A stretch of 63,989 nucleotides of DNA, counting the filler, from Octopus bimaculoides (taxonomy: Eukaryota): assembly GCF_001194135.2 (NCBI RefSeq). It is 7 parts of 5 records of this genome, joined end to end, with 100 filler letters (N's around TTAATTAATTAA, not from the genome) between each part and the next. Parts side by side here need not be neighbours in the genome. Positions count along the whole stretch, not along the records: positions 1 to 23,486 come from NC_068981.1; 6 more parts are not named here. The stretch is one strand, 5' to 3'. This document shows, one piece after another, positions 1 to 11,774 of the stretch. A program made the position numbers and the translations under genes. How positions within the stretch are numbered: position 1 is the first letter of the stretch; every line of letters starts with the position of its first letter. The notes under the pieces were generated by a model. The model ran no database searches and had not been told where the DNA came from. It saw only the letters and a program-made list of their open reading frames with translations.

Positions 1-61
<61 letters not shown>

Positions 62-176
62 GCATGCATGTATGTATTATTATTTCCAATTTTTATATAT
101 TTTGTTTTTGATTTCATCTATTTGTATTTCTTTTCAAAATTGATTCATTTATTTCATGCATTTTATTTTATCACAT

Positions 177-215
<39 letters not shown>

Positions 216-300
216 TATGCATTTCTATGGCGTTGGAGTAGTTTTCATTTTTAAGCTCTTAATTGTTTAGTTTCACGTACATTTTAATCTGTTTGTCAAA

Positions 301-465
301 GTGTATGCCTCGTTCGCCAATGAACTCGCGCAATATCTAATTGATCTCAAAGAAAGCAAGTTTGACATTTCTGAAAGGAATAATTTTACAGAAATACTGC
401 GTCTGTGCAAAATTACACGTCCTTTTACTGACGAAATAGTTGATTTTCAATGCAATTTCTTGTAA
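301..465 (+). CDS. Candidate terminal coding exon of an upstream gene (VYASFANELAQYLIDLKESKFDISERNNFTEILRLCKITRPFTDEIVDFQCNFL*)
   Basis: Stop-free non-repetitive frame, AG at 300-301 (phase 1), TAA 463-465, AATAAA 533-538. Acceptor only moderate; no family recognised. Confidence 0.35.
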   Translation: MYASFANELAQYLIDLKESKFDISERNNFTEILRLCKITRPFTDEIVDFQCNFL

Positions 466-829
466 ACAAAAAAGAAGCAATTGAAAAAAAAAATAGTGAA
501 AAATAACTAGTTTATATTATTAAATGAATAATAATAAATGTACAAATATTTTAATGGATTGAGAAAAATAACCGACAGAAATAACGTGTGCTCAATAGAA
601 AAAACTTGTTTCGTTGAGTAGACCAGCAAGTAATATCTATGTCTACACAATAGTGACTCTGGATAGAAACCTATTTATGATATGCACACAGAAAACAAGA
701 CATAACTAAATGATAAGCCCACATATACGTAGGTAATATAAATGTCGGAAATATTTGATCGTATGATAAATTAATCCGGGCTTTTTCTTACCGTTTATTT
801 TAATTTTTGGCAATGTTATTTGAATTAAC

Positions 830-1089
830 GTGGAGGCGCGTGGCCTAGTGGTTAGGGTGTCAGCATCATGATCGTAAGATTGTGGTTTCGATTCCTGGAC
901 CGGGCGACGCATTGTGTTTTTGAGCAAAACACTTAATTTCACGTTGCTCCTGTTCACTCAACTGGCAAAAATGAATAACGCTGCGATGGACTGGCGCCCC
1001 GTCCAGCTAGGGAACACGTACTCCATTGAAACCGGGAAACCGGACCCATGATCCTGGCTAGGCTTTAAAAAGGCGCATTTGATTTTTTG
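830..1089 (+). mobile_element. tRNA-derived SINE, family A, full length with target-site duplication
   Basis: A-box TGGCCTAGTGG, B-box-like GGTTTCGATTCC, core TGTGTTTTTGAGCAAAACACTTAATTTCACGTTGCTC; 12-bp TSD ATTTGAATTAAC at 818-829 and 1090-1101. Confidence 0.85.
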
Positions 1090-1533
1090 ATTTGAATTAA
1101 CTGGAGAAATGCATTTATCGTAGTGTTTATAGTTTTCTTTTTTTATTTGTAACTCTATTCTTCTTCTTTTGATTTGGATTAAATTTTACCTCATTTCAGA
1201 CATTTGAGGATGGAGTACTAGGTAGAAAAAAAAAACCCGACATGTTCAGTTGAGAACCCAATAGTAACTATAGATGTAAACCTGTTTACGTTGCAATCAG
1301 AGAGAGAGAGAGGGAGAGAGAGAGAGAGCGACAAACAGACAGACAGACAGATAAAGACAAAGAGAAAAAGCGAGAGAGAGAGAGAAAATAACCTCACATA
1401 TTAAATTATGTAGCTAACAGATACATATGTACTCTGAGGTACGCAACTCACCCTCCTCTGAACTTGTATTTTTCACTGAAAGTAGTCAGTAAATAATTAA
1501 AAATTAATTAATACTAAGACAGCAATACATGTT

Positions 1534-1853
1534 AAGGCGCGTGGTTCAGTGGTTAGAAGGTCGGGCGTACAATCATTAGGTAGCGAGTTCGATTCTTGGA
1601 CCGGGCTGTGTTGTGTTCTTGAGCAAGACACTTTATTTTACGTTTCTCCAGTACACTTGTTTTGTTGGGTACATGTAGAAATGAGTTGCGATGTATTGGC
1701 TTTGGATAACATCGGTGGCCTGGAGAGAGGTGGCTGGTATACATGGGCGACTGCTGGTCTTCCATAAACAACCTTGCTCGGACTTGTGCCTCAGAGGGGA
1801 ACTTTCTACGTGCAATGCTATGGTTATTCGTGACCGAAGAGGGTCTTTACCTC
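1534..1853 (+). mobile_element. SINE family A head/core with a different 3' body
   Basis: Same head and TGTGTTCTTGAGCAAGACACTT core as 830; its 3' part recurs at ~18527-18605. Confidence 0.75.
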
Positions 1854-1864
1854 TAAGTTTTATA

Positions 1865-2013
1865 TATGTTTGAAAAAATGAATACAAATAACTTTTCTGG
1901 TAATTTTTCCACTAATAATTAGATGTTTATAAGTTTACATGACACATAAACATCTAATTATTAAAGTGGAAAAATTATCAGAAAAGCCATTTCTATTCAT
2001 TTTTTCAAATATA
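1865..2013. repeat. Fold-back inverted repeat, ~65-bp arms, 15-nt loop
   Basis: GAAAAAATGAATACAAAT...AATTAGATGTTTAT reverse-complements ATAAACATCTAATT...TATTCATTTTTTC with few mismatches. Confidence 0.85.
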
Positions 2014-2205
2014 CAATACTGTGCCATGCTTTTTCTATTTCTTATTCTACTATATATATAACGAAGCGTTAGTGTGAAGCAGTGCTTAGGTATGAGCAGA
2101 ATTTAGGCTTTGTTTGTGACACATTTCAAATGCTAAAAGAGAATTATATTGAAGTTACAGTGGAAAATAAGTCTCTCATGGTAAAAAGGTTTCGTTTAAT
2201 GTTGC

Positions 2206-2438
2206 CATCTATTAGGAATCTCAGATATCGACGTTTCGAGCTATTTTGGCTCCTGTCAATGAGATGTACCTAAGAGAGGCAACTCTGAACGATCTACTAG
2301 TGCAAATCAATGTATTGACTGAATTATACATAAAACTATAGCTTTCTAAGTTCGTTCAGAGTTGCCTCTCTTAGGTACATCTCATTGACAAGAGCCAAAA
2401 TAGCTCGAAACATCGATGTCTGAGATTCTTGATAGATG
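2206..2438. repeat. Inverted repeat, ~87-bp arms (2206-2292 / 2352-2438), each arm carrying a hammerhead-type motif
   Basis: Direct arm comparison shows about five mismatches. Confidence 0.9.
2379..2426 (+). ncRNA. Minimal type I hammerhead ribozyme, U3:A8 core variant
   Basis: Stem I ATCTCA/TGAGAT, core TTGACAA, stem II GAGC-7nt-GCTC, GAAA, palindromic stem III ACATCGATGT, GUC triplet; predicted cut after C2420. Confidence 0.72.
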
Positions 2439-2989
2439 TCGACACTGACCGAACCGGTGTTTTCACTGCCTTAATAATAATAACAGCAACAACAACAACA
2501 ACAACAACAACATCAACAACAATAACAATAATAATAATAATAACTAATTCGTTTTATTGGCCACAAGGGCTAATATCAATTAAAAACATGTAAGGGCAAA
2601 GAATAATAATAGCAATAAATAAATAAATAAATTCATCACAGCTGAAACACCTTTGAATTCAAAGCTGCGGTATCAGGGCTGACCTGGGACTAAACATCTC
2701 ATTCACAACATTCACCATGAAGTCCAGACTAATACCTCAGAAAGGTGAGCAAACAAGTGAGTCCCTACGTAACCATTAGATCTGCCAAATACTCAAAACA
2801 ACCCTAGTACTTCCATTGGATAATGTGGTCCTAGGTTTTCAGCGTGTATGGCGGGTGCGGTGAGGGAGGAAAACAAAGCTGGGGTGTTCAACGCTAGAAA
2901 CAGAAAGTCTGCGCAATCAAGACTGCCTTGGAGCGATTCAACAACACCCATGTCACAACACTATCACTACAATTACAAGAAACACAGCC

Positions 2990-3215
2990 TCGACTACCAT
3001 CAACACCAACACCACCAAAACCAACACCAACACCACAGTAATCCAGACCAATACCAGCTTCAACCATCACCACGCCTTAGTGATGACGATGGGGGTTGCT
3101 GAATGTTGCTATAAAAGGTGGTGATGGTGGTGGCGGCAACAGTGGCGGTGGTGGTTGTAGTGGTGACAGTGGAAGTGGGGGGGGTAGTGGCGGCGGCGGT
3201 GATGGTGGCGCTGGT

Positions 3216-3246
<31 letters not shown>

Positions 3247-3890
3247 GTGGTGGTGATGGTGGTGGTGGTNNNNNNNNNNNNNNNNNNNNNNNNNNNNNNN
3301 NNNNNNNNNNNNNNNNNNNNNNNNNNNNNNNNNNNNNNNNNNNNNNNNNNNNNNNNNNNNNNNNNNNNNNNNNNNNNNNNNNNNNNNNNNNNNNNNNNNN
3401 NNNNNNNNNNNNNNNNNNNNNNNNNNNNNNNNNNNNNNNNNNNNNNNNNNNNNNNNNNNNNNNNNNNNNNNNNNNNNNNNNNNNNNNNNNNNNNNNNNNN
3501 NNNNNNNNNNNNNNNNNNNNNNNNNNNNNNNNNNNNNNNNNNNNNNNNNNNNNNNNNNNNNNNNNNNNNNNNNNNNNNNGAGGGTGATTGTGGCGGTGCT
3601 GATTGCGGTGTGGAGATTGTGGTGGTGGTGGTCGTCGTCATCGTGGTGCAGGTGGTGAATGGCTGAGGCGGGTGGAGTGGGAACGGAGTGGGCTTGTCGG
3701 TTAAAGAGGTGGGAAAAGCGGGGATTATTGTGATAGGGGTGAGTATATGTGGTATTCAACGATGGTGGTAGTGGTGGTCGTAGTGAGACTGGCGATGATG
3801 GTTAAGTTGCTGCTTGTAATGGATAGCTTCTTGATGGCGTTGGCGGAAGTTGGGACCGCGGGCAGTGGGTATAGGGTGGAATAAAGGCGT
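2990..3890. repeat. (CAC/CCA)n then (GGT)n low-complexity tract with a gap
   Basis: Trinucleotide degeneracy; explains the poly-G/T/V/H ORFs in the track. Confidence 0.9.
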
Positions 3891-3951
3891 TAGGACATGA
3901 AGAAGGCGCCATCGCTACAGAAAGGTTTCAGTATCGAAAAATACCACGCTG

Positions 3952-4014
<63 letters not shown>

Positions 4015-4349
4015 ATGTACATTTGTATGTAAGTAGGTGTCGTGTATGTATATATTTATGTATACATGTATGCATGCATGCAAGTATGTGTGTGTGTATG
4101 TATGAATGTATGTGTGTGTGTATGTATGTATATATATGTGTGTGTGCACTCGTTTTCTTGGGAGCGTTTGTGGATAGATAAATCTAAAATGCATACATAT
4201 ACAAAATTACATGTAAGAATAAACACACACACATACACATGCACACGAACGCACACACACACACACACGTACACATATATATACATACATACATACAATC
4301 ATATATGTGTGTGGTGTGTGTGACAAAGTGTGTATATATTATAAACATA

Positions 4350-4421
<72 letters not shown>

Positions 4422-5411
4422 TACATAGATAGATAGACAGATAGATAGATAGGTGCACAAGCGGAAGTACACACACACACACATACTCATGCATGGAGAA
4501 TATGTACTTATTCACATACACATACTGCAAATAAACGGATATAGACATGTAAACTATCAAATGCACTGTAGTCTGTATATGTGTGTGTGCGCGCGTGTGT
4601 GTATATATATATATAATTAATGCACACACATACATATACATTTCTAAGTATGTATGTACAGAATACATGTCAATGTTACTTCGTAGCCTTTTGTATATTC
4701 GTGTGTGTGTGTGTGTATTTAGGTGTGTGTGTGGGCGTTTGCATGTGTGTGTAAATGTGTATGTGTATTCGACCGCATGGAAGCTATACCAAGCCTTGTG
4801 CCATTAGAATCGACGGTGATATCGAATAATGTGTGGAGCAGCGGATTAAGGGGTGGGCAGAGTGTTTTTTTCTTCTTTACTTCCCTCCCTCTACTCACCT
4901 CTAACATCACTTATATCTTAGTCTTACCACCCCCACCGCTTCCGAACCAACCAAACCATCTACCTTCTTTTCCATTTCCTTTCAACCATTTCTAGCCTCG
5001 CACCACCACCACCACCACCACCACTACCACCACCAACGCCATGGTCGTCCTTCATTCGCTCTACAGTCGTCGCTTCGGTCAGAACAGCTTCGCCACCCAG
5101 ATGCTGGCCATATCGGGTTTCACCTGGAGAAATTGGTGTAGAGGTTTCTTCTCTCACCGGAAGTCACCACAACTGTCCCGTCGATATCTTTCTTTTACAA
5201 CTGTTCTATTTCAGCTTCACACTATTNNNNNNNNNNNNNNNNNNNNNNNNNNNNNNNNNNNNNNNNNNNNNNNNNNNNNNNNNNNNNNNNNNNNNNNNNN
5301 NNNNNNNNNNNNNNNNNNNNNNNNNNNNNNNNNNNNNNNNNNNNNNNNNNNNNNNNNNNNNNNNNGTTTTGTTCTACGCGCCATTGTGTTTGTGTGTATG
5401 TGTGTGTGTGC

Positions 5412-5459
<48 letters not shown>

Positions 5460-5466
5460 TCATATA

Positions 5467-5629
5467 GGCGCCGGAGTGGTTGTGTGGTAAGAAGATTGCT
5501 TCCTAACCACATGATTCTGGGTTCAGTCCCATTGCGTGGCACCTTGGGCAAGTGTCTGCTGCTATAGCCTCGGGCTGACTAAAGCACTGTGAGTGGATTT
5601 GGTAGACAGAAACTGAAAGAAGCCCGTCG

Positions 5630-5662
<33 letters not shown>

Positions 5663-5880
5663 ACGTATGTATTTATGTATGTTTGTCCCCCCCACACACA
5701 CACACTATCGCATGACAACCAGTGTGTTTACATTCTCGTAACAGCGGTTTAGCAAAAGGGATTGATAGAATAAATACTGGGCTTACAAAGAATAAGATTT
5801 TATGCCGATTTGTTCGACTAATGGGGAGGCTCCAGCGTGGCCGCAGTTTACTGACCGAAAGAAATAAAATAATAAAGAAT
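5467..5880 (+). mobile_element. SINE family B (octopus OK-like) with internal (TA)n/(TG)n microsatellite
   Basis: Head GTGGTAAGAAG..GGTTCAGTCCCA..GCACCTTGGGCAAGTGTC..GTGAGTGGATTTGGTAGAC, microsatellite, tail ..CCAGCGTGGCCGCAGT + A-rich end; more than ten copies in the window. Family name from recall. Confidence 0.85.
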
Positions 5881-6222
5881 ACCCGATCGCTATTCCACTA
5901 AAACTCTTCAACGCGGTGCCCCAGCATGGTCGCAGTCCAAAGACTGAAGCAAGTTATAAATAAAAGTAAGACATATGCGGTCATTGAACCTTCTTGAAAG
6001 AGTCGCCAAATCTCCCTCAAATGAAACTCATTGTCTAAAAGGAAAATTAAAATCAGTGTCTATGTGGTGCTTTAATCGAACATTGTAAATATAATCAAAT
6101 TATTATTGTATGTTTAAAATTGTAAATATTTAATCGATACAGCTACTTCACCCCTTTTATGTTTGTCTGTCCTTGTTCGTCTCCTCTTTGTAATGCCTTT
6201 ATGGCAAATATTTATGAAATAA

Positions 6223-6806
6223 AGTAGCTTGCTTACCAACCACATGGTACCGGGTTCATTCACACTGCGTGGCACCTTAGGCAAGTGTCTTCTACTATAG
6301 CCTCGGGCCGACCAAAGCCTTGTGAGTGGATTTGGTTGACGGAAACTGAAAGAAGCCTGTCGTATGTATGTAACCTCGTGGACATCGGTGGCGATTTTTT
6401 CTTCCTCCGTTTTTCCCTTCTTTGGACTTTTCTTGTTTCCGACGAAGAGCTACGCTCGAAACGTCATATTCTCTCTCTTTCCTTTCCCGAGTGTCTAGTA
6501 ACATAATCTGTATCACGTCCTCATGTTGTTTTTTGTTGTTGTTTTCTTGTCTTTTTCCTTTTTTGAACTATATATATATGTGTGTGTGTGTGTGTTTGTG
6601 TGTCTGTGTTTGTCCCTCCCAGCATCGCTTGACAACCGATGCTGGTGTGTTTAGGCCCCCGTAATCTAGCGGTTCGGCAAAAGAGACCGATAGAATAAGT
6701 ACTAGGCTTGCAAAGAATAAGTCCAGGGGTCGATTTGCTCGACTAAACGCGGTGCTCCAGCATGGCCGCAGTCAAATAACTGAAACAAGTAAATGAGTAA
6801 AAGAGT
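6223..6806 (+). mobile_element. SINE family B copy with a nested ~190-bp insert
   Basis: Matches the 5467 head and tail; foreign sequence ~6375-6565 interrupts the internal microsatellite. Confidence 0.8.
6375..6565 (+). mobile_element. Penelope-like terminal-repeat fragment with degenerate hammerhead motif
   Basis: CCGACGA-A-GAGC-TAC-GCTC-GAAACGTC at ~6439-6465; related to 7030-7200 and 40860-41040 on the - strand. Confidence 0.5.
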
Positions 6807-7029
6807 ATGCATTAGATAATAGATTGTGTTAGAAATAGACAAGATGCTCACGACTGAAACATATTTGATCATACGATGTTTGATGAGGTAGGATAAGCTG
6901 GAACTTAAGTGCAACAACTCACATAAAAAAAAGGTAAAGACCTCCTTCGGTGATAAATGGCCATTGGGATTGCACCTAGAAAGTTACCTAGAAATATATA
7001 TATATATATGCGTATATGTATATGTATAT

Positions 7030-7200
7030 ATATTTTAAATTTACAGAAAAACGAAAGACGAAGAAAGGTGTATAAACAACAAGCAGATGTATTAGTCTGA
7101 CGCTCGGGAAGGTGAGGAAGTCTTTTATGTTTCGAGCCTACGCTCTTCAACAGTAAGGAACACGATGAAATAAATAGAGACAGAATTAAAAAAAAGAAAA
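7030..7200 (-). mobile_element. Penelope-like terminal-repeat fragment
   Basis: Minus strand CTGTTGA-A-GAGC-GTAG-GCTC-GAAAC and TTCCCGAGCGTC shared with the 6375 insert. Confidence 0.5.
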
Positions 7201-8835
7201 TTTTGGCGTAGCAGTCAATCATAGTAACATATATATATCTATATATGTAATTCTATTTGGGCTTTAATCTCGGAGTATGCTTCATTAAGCCTATCCAAAG
7301 GTGAAGACTATCAGATAGAATTATAGATCTGAAATCGTGTAAGCATCCGCAGAATTTATATAAATATTAACAAGAAAGATGGAGAGTGAGCAATCGTTTT
7401 ATCAAATCAGAGAAAATTTGTTTCATCAATATTTAATCAGAAGAGTATTGCTATAATATTATTATATAATATGTGTAACAATACTTTGCGTCGGTATCAT
7501 TGATCTAATAACGCAAAATACCGACTCATTAGGTTGATGTATAAAATCCATTTGCTAGACTTCGTTCAAGATGTTTTAATCACTTACTTTGCATATCATT
7601 GTTAAGACAAATTCAAATTAACTGGTCAAGAAATAGGATGAATCGATTAACTTGAGGAGTCAATATTTTACTGTATTAGTACAATGATATCGACGCATTA
7701 TGTCGTTACACACATGACAATAATAATATAATAACATCCTTCCGATAAAATATTAATGAAACAACTGTAGAATTATATAATAAAACCATTTACTCACTTG
7801 TTATATATGTAAGTATATATGTGTATGTGTGTGCGTGTGTGTCTGCGCATCATATATTTATATATAGATGGGCAGGCGGTTGTTAATCAAAGCATTTATT
7901 GATATACATATATGAATATAAATATAATTAAGCAATAAGTAAATATATAAATAACAAGAAATAAGGAAAGTGGGGGTTCATGGTATTCTTCTTAGATAGG
8001 TTGATATTCTGAAAGCTCACACTCGAGCATCGAAGATATAAAAAAAAGAGTATCCGAGTAGGCCTTTATAGTAGTTATCTGGAATGTTATTATTCCAATT
8101 TTACTAATAAGGGAGAGCAGAATACAGGTTATTCCTTACAGTTTTTCTGAGTGAGGTTCTCAAAAGTGCGCTACTGGGTGTTGTATGGACATAAACATGA
8201 AGTAGATGGGTGTTAGCTAATGATCATTAAATAGCATAAGTTTGAATTATATAAAACACTCACCCCATATTTTCCTTCTGAACTCTGTGTATATGTGGGT
8301 GAGTATGTGTGTGTGCGTCACTGTGTGTGTGTCTATGTGTTACTTTGCGTGTGTGTTACTGTGTGCGTTTGCGCGCGTGTGTGTGTGTCATTGTTTGTCT
8401 TACTGAGTGTTTGTGCGTGTGTGTGTGTTATGTGTGTGCGTTTGCGTGTGTGTGTGTGTGTGCGTGTGTGTGTCATTGTGTGTGTCTTACTGAGTGTTCG
8501 TGCGTGTGAGTGCGCGCGCGCGTATTTGTGCACTGTGTCCATTTGTAAAATGCCAGTCATCTTTTCATAAATTCTGTTTCACTCTTTCGTTTACTTACAA
8601 TTTCTTTTAACATTTCTTTACATTATCTCCGATTTTTATATTTTATTTTCATTTCCCTTTTAAACCTTTCAGTTGGTCTTTCATTTCACTTTTACATCTC
8701 ATTTTCATCTTTTCTTTCTAATCTGCCAGACTTCTTTCTATTTTCTTTTTCCTGTCTTTTTTTTATGGAAATGTTACTCTATAAAAATTTCACCTACGCT
8801 CTTACGATTATCATCATTATCCTCCTCATCATTAT

Positions 8836-8872
<37 letters not shown>

Positions 8873-9040
8873 ACATCATAATCAGCAACATCATCATCAT
8901 CATCAACAACAACAACAACAACAACAACAAACCATCTTCGCGACAGCAGTTATTTATATTAACAATATTAGCATTAGCGAATTCATCTCCATTAATATAT
9001 AAATTACCAATCTCATTAGTACGACAGCCATCATCTCCAT

Positions 9041-9051
9041 TACTACTGCTG

Positions 9052-9121
<70 letters not shown>
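9041..9121. repeat. (ACT)n microsatellite; (CAT)n/(CAA)n nearby at ~8835-8930
   Basis: Direct inspection. Confidence 0.95.
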
Positions 9122-9784
9122 CGAAATGTTAATTTTAAAAATGAGTCAACGACTAAAACTTCTCTGCGGTCGTTCATCCTGCAGGCAAATCACCCTCAAG
9201 CTATCATCCGGTACTCAGAAAACAAGCAAACGTTAGACGTTGTGACACAAAGTATACTGGGCCAAATAAAAAAAGAGAAAGGACAAAATGATCATGGTTA
9301 GAAGGCTTTGGTTAGAAGGCTTTGGGCTATAGAGCTGCTGGATTGTGGATAACTTTACGCTAAGCAACTGCATAAATAAAAGAAAATGAATACAACTTCT
9401 TTGAATATGTAACCATGTACTCTCATAAATAAGTGATGAAAATTTGAAGATACATCGACAAAATTGTATCTCAGAAATTTTATTTATTATATAATTATTA
9501 TTTGTACGTGATCAACTGGGGCGGCGAGGCATATTGGTTTTGTACTATGACTTCCGTTTGACTCAAAATTTTGCGTCATGGTGAATGGCACATATTCTAA
9601 GAAAACTTCAAACGGTAGTACCCCAGCATGACCGCAGCTTTAAAGCTGAAACACTTTAAAGAATTTAAAGAAAATTCACGAATAGTTGTTATGCCAGAAG
9701 CAACTTAAATCTTAGATATCCAGAAAATGTGAGCAAAAAAGGCCTTTCGGGATTTTTTTTTTCCTTTTTCTTTCAAGTCTAGCA

Positions 9785-10005
9785 GGAATCCACCAGCCAG
9801 CAAGAAGACCAGTGGAAAATATAGCAAGGCAGACTTTGAATTGGAATCGAGAGAGGAAAAGACAAGTGGGACACTTGGAATCACGTTAGAAGATCGAGAG
9901 AAGAGGAATTCAAGTTCACGGAGATGACATGGAATCAAGAGTAAAGAATGAGTACAGCAGAGAACATGTTGGAAAACTGTTGTGGAAAATCTGATTCACC
10001 AGGAT
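9785..10005 (+). pseudogene. RTE-clade LINE 3' end relic
   Basis: Frameshifted RRPVENIARQTLNWNRERKRQVG then RRSREEEFKFTEMTWNQE*RM resembles the RTE ORF C-terminus (..ITRQALxWNPQGKRKVGRP..WRRSVEEE..GMTW..). Confidence 0.65.
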
Positions 10006-10146
10006 TCCAGACTTTAGTTAATATTCAGTTCATTTCTAGGCGGCGAGCTGACAGAATCGTTAGCACACCTGGCAAAATGGTGTGTGTGTGTGTGTGTGTA
10101 TGTGTGTTTTGGTAGGCTGAATTTATTCGCATATTTCTGTATAGTA

Positions 10147-10360
10147 AGGCGGTGAGCTGGCAGAATGGTTAGCACACCGAGCAAAATGCTTAGAGGCATT
10201 TTGCCTGTCTTTAAGTTCTGAGTTCAAATTCCGCCGAGGTCAACTTGGCCTTTCATCCTTTCGGGGTCGATAAAATAAGTGGCAGTTGAACAATGATATT
10301 GATGTAATCGACTTGGCACCTACCCAAAATTGCTGGCTTTGTATTCAAATTTGAAATCAA
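10147..10360 (+). mobile_element. SINE family C (Deu/Nin-domain-like); extra head copy at ~10028-10075
   Basis: GGCGGTGAGCTGGCAGAAT..TTCTGAGTTCAAATTCCGCCGAGGT..CCTTTCATCCTTTCGGGGTCGATAAAATAAGT; the last motif resembles the Deu/Nin SINE domain. Confidence 0.8.
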
Positions 10361-10479
10361 TGTTAAGCTCATTTTATCTTACATTTTACCTTTATATTTT
10401 TTTGCAAATTTTTTCTCGGTGAACAAACGGGAAATGTATAAAAGAATTTCTGACACTGGCACAAGGAAGTAACAAACTC

Positions 10480-10610
10480 TGGGAATAGAAGAGTCGATTG
10501 AATCGACATAAGAAATTAACTTGTACTTATCTTGTAGACCTCTGAAGTTAACCTTGACGAGATTTGAACTCAGAACTTAAAGAAGCGTAACTAACCACCA
10601 CAAGGCATTT
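10480..10610 (-). mobile_element. SINE family C, degenerate
   Basis: Reverse complement gives TTCTGAGTTCAAATCTCGTCAAGGTTAAC..GATAAGTACAAG. Confidence 0.6.
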
Positions 10611-11222
10611 AGTTTGAAATTCGACCAAGTTTGCAAATCTACGGCCCTAACGAGAAGTGTGTATATAATGAAACTTAAGACTCCATTCTAGTGTAACGAA
10701 AGTTCTTTAAGCATAAGCATAGTGACCCTGGACTCCACTCCGCCCATTTAGTGTATTCTCCATAACTCTTTCTTTACACATTAGCTTTATAATTAACGTC
10801 TGAATTGTGACGGATATCATTGACCAACTCATCCATGACCAATGGATGCTCTCCAGGCATCCATGTCAATAGTACATAAGTGACAGATATTTTTAACTGA
10901 AGTGGTTTGTTTCCACGGTTGAGCACTTCTCGCTAGCCTTGTCTTTTTTGTTTTTCAGATATTTTGTTCAAATATGAAAAACGTCAATAAACACGTGTGT
11001 CTCTGTGCTTGTATGTATAGCATATTCTTTTCCTTTCTCTCACTGTTTCTCTCTCTCTCTTTCCCACACTCTCTCTCTTTTCTCTCTTTCACTCAGCATA
11101 TGCATATAAATGTATTTATCTATCTTTCTACACATACGCACGCATACACGCACACACGCGCCGCGCGCACACACACATTATAAATGTAAGGCTCCGATCA
11201 TCGACTGGTAAACCGTGCCTAG

Positions 11223-11774
11223 TTTTCTCTTGAACATCCATTGTCTGAATATCTCTTTAAATATGAATTAAAAGTTTGAAGGAAGCGCTTATCCTTATGT
11301 TCTTTCGTTTAAAAAGCTGGTTCTCGTGGTAATATTTTTATTACCAGAAATGAAATCAAAAGCGTAAACACGAAGCAACCGTTTCTGTACGCCTGTAAGT
11401 GTTGTTCACAATGGGTTTCTTTAAAACGAAAGCACATAAAAAAGAAGCTTTGGCTCTGTATCTGGTTTCCAACATTCTTTATATGAATTCGCGTGTTGAA
11501 ACAAATTTTGTTGTGTCTGGGGAGAATCACTATGCCGATATAATTAACACAGGCATTGGTTCAATTCCACTCATTTGTTATAAGTCGATTGGTTAAATAT
11601 CAAACTAACTAATTGATTGTTTGTTTAACAATCGACCGTTTGTTAAACCAAGGGCGTATTTTAATAATATTGGCATAATGACTCGCTCCAGACACAACAA
11701 AATAAGGATAAGCATTTCCTTCAGAATTTCATTTCATATTTCAAAAGTTGTTCAAACAGTGGATATTTAGAAAA
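11223..11774. mobile_element. Old MITE-like element with ~70-bp degenerate terminal inverted repeats
   Basis: 11223-11297 vs reverse complement of 11703-11774 (ATCCA.TGT.TGAA..AAATATGAA..TGAAGGAA..GCTTATCCTTA), roughly 70-75% identical by eye. Confidence 0.55.

Noticed and set aside
830-900. tRNA gene-like A/B boxes (also 1534, ~28950, ~44060)
   Set aside because: No complete cloverleaf; they run into SINE core sequence, one with a TSD.
9777-9926. Apparent + strand terminal exon after TTTCTTTCAAG (SSRNPPASKK...SRR*)
   Set aside because: Other frames match the RTE LINE C-terminus, a better explanation.
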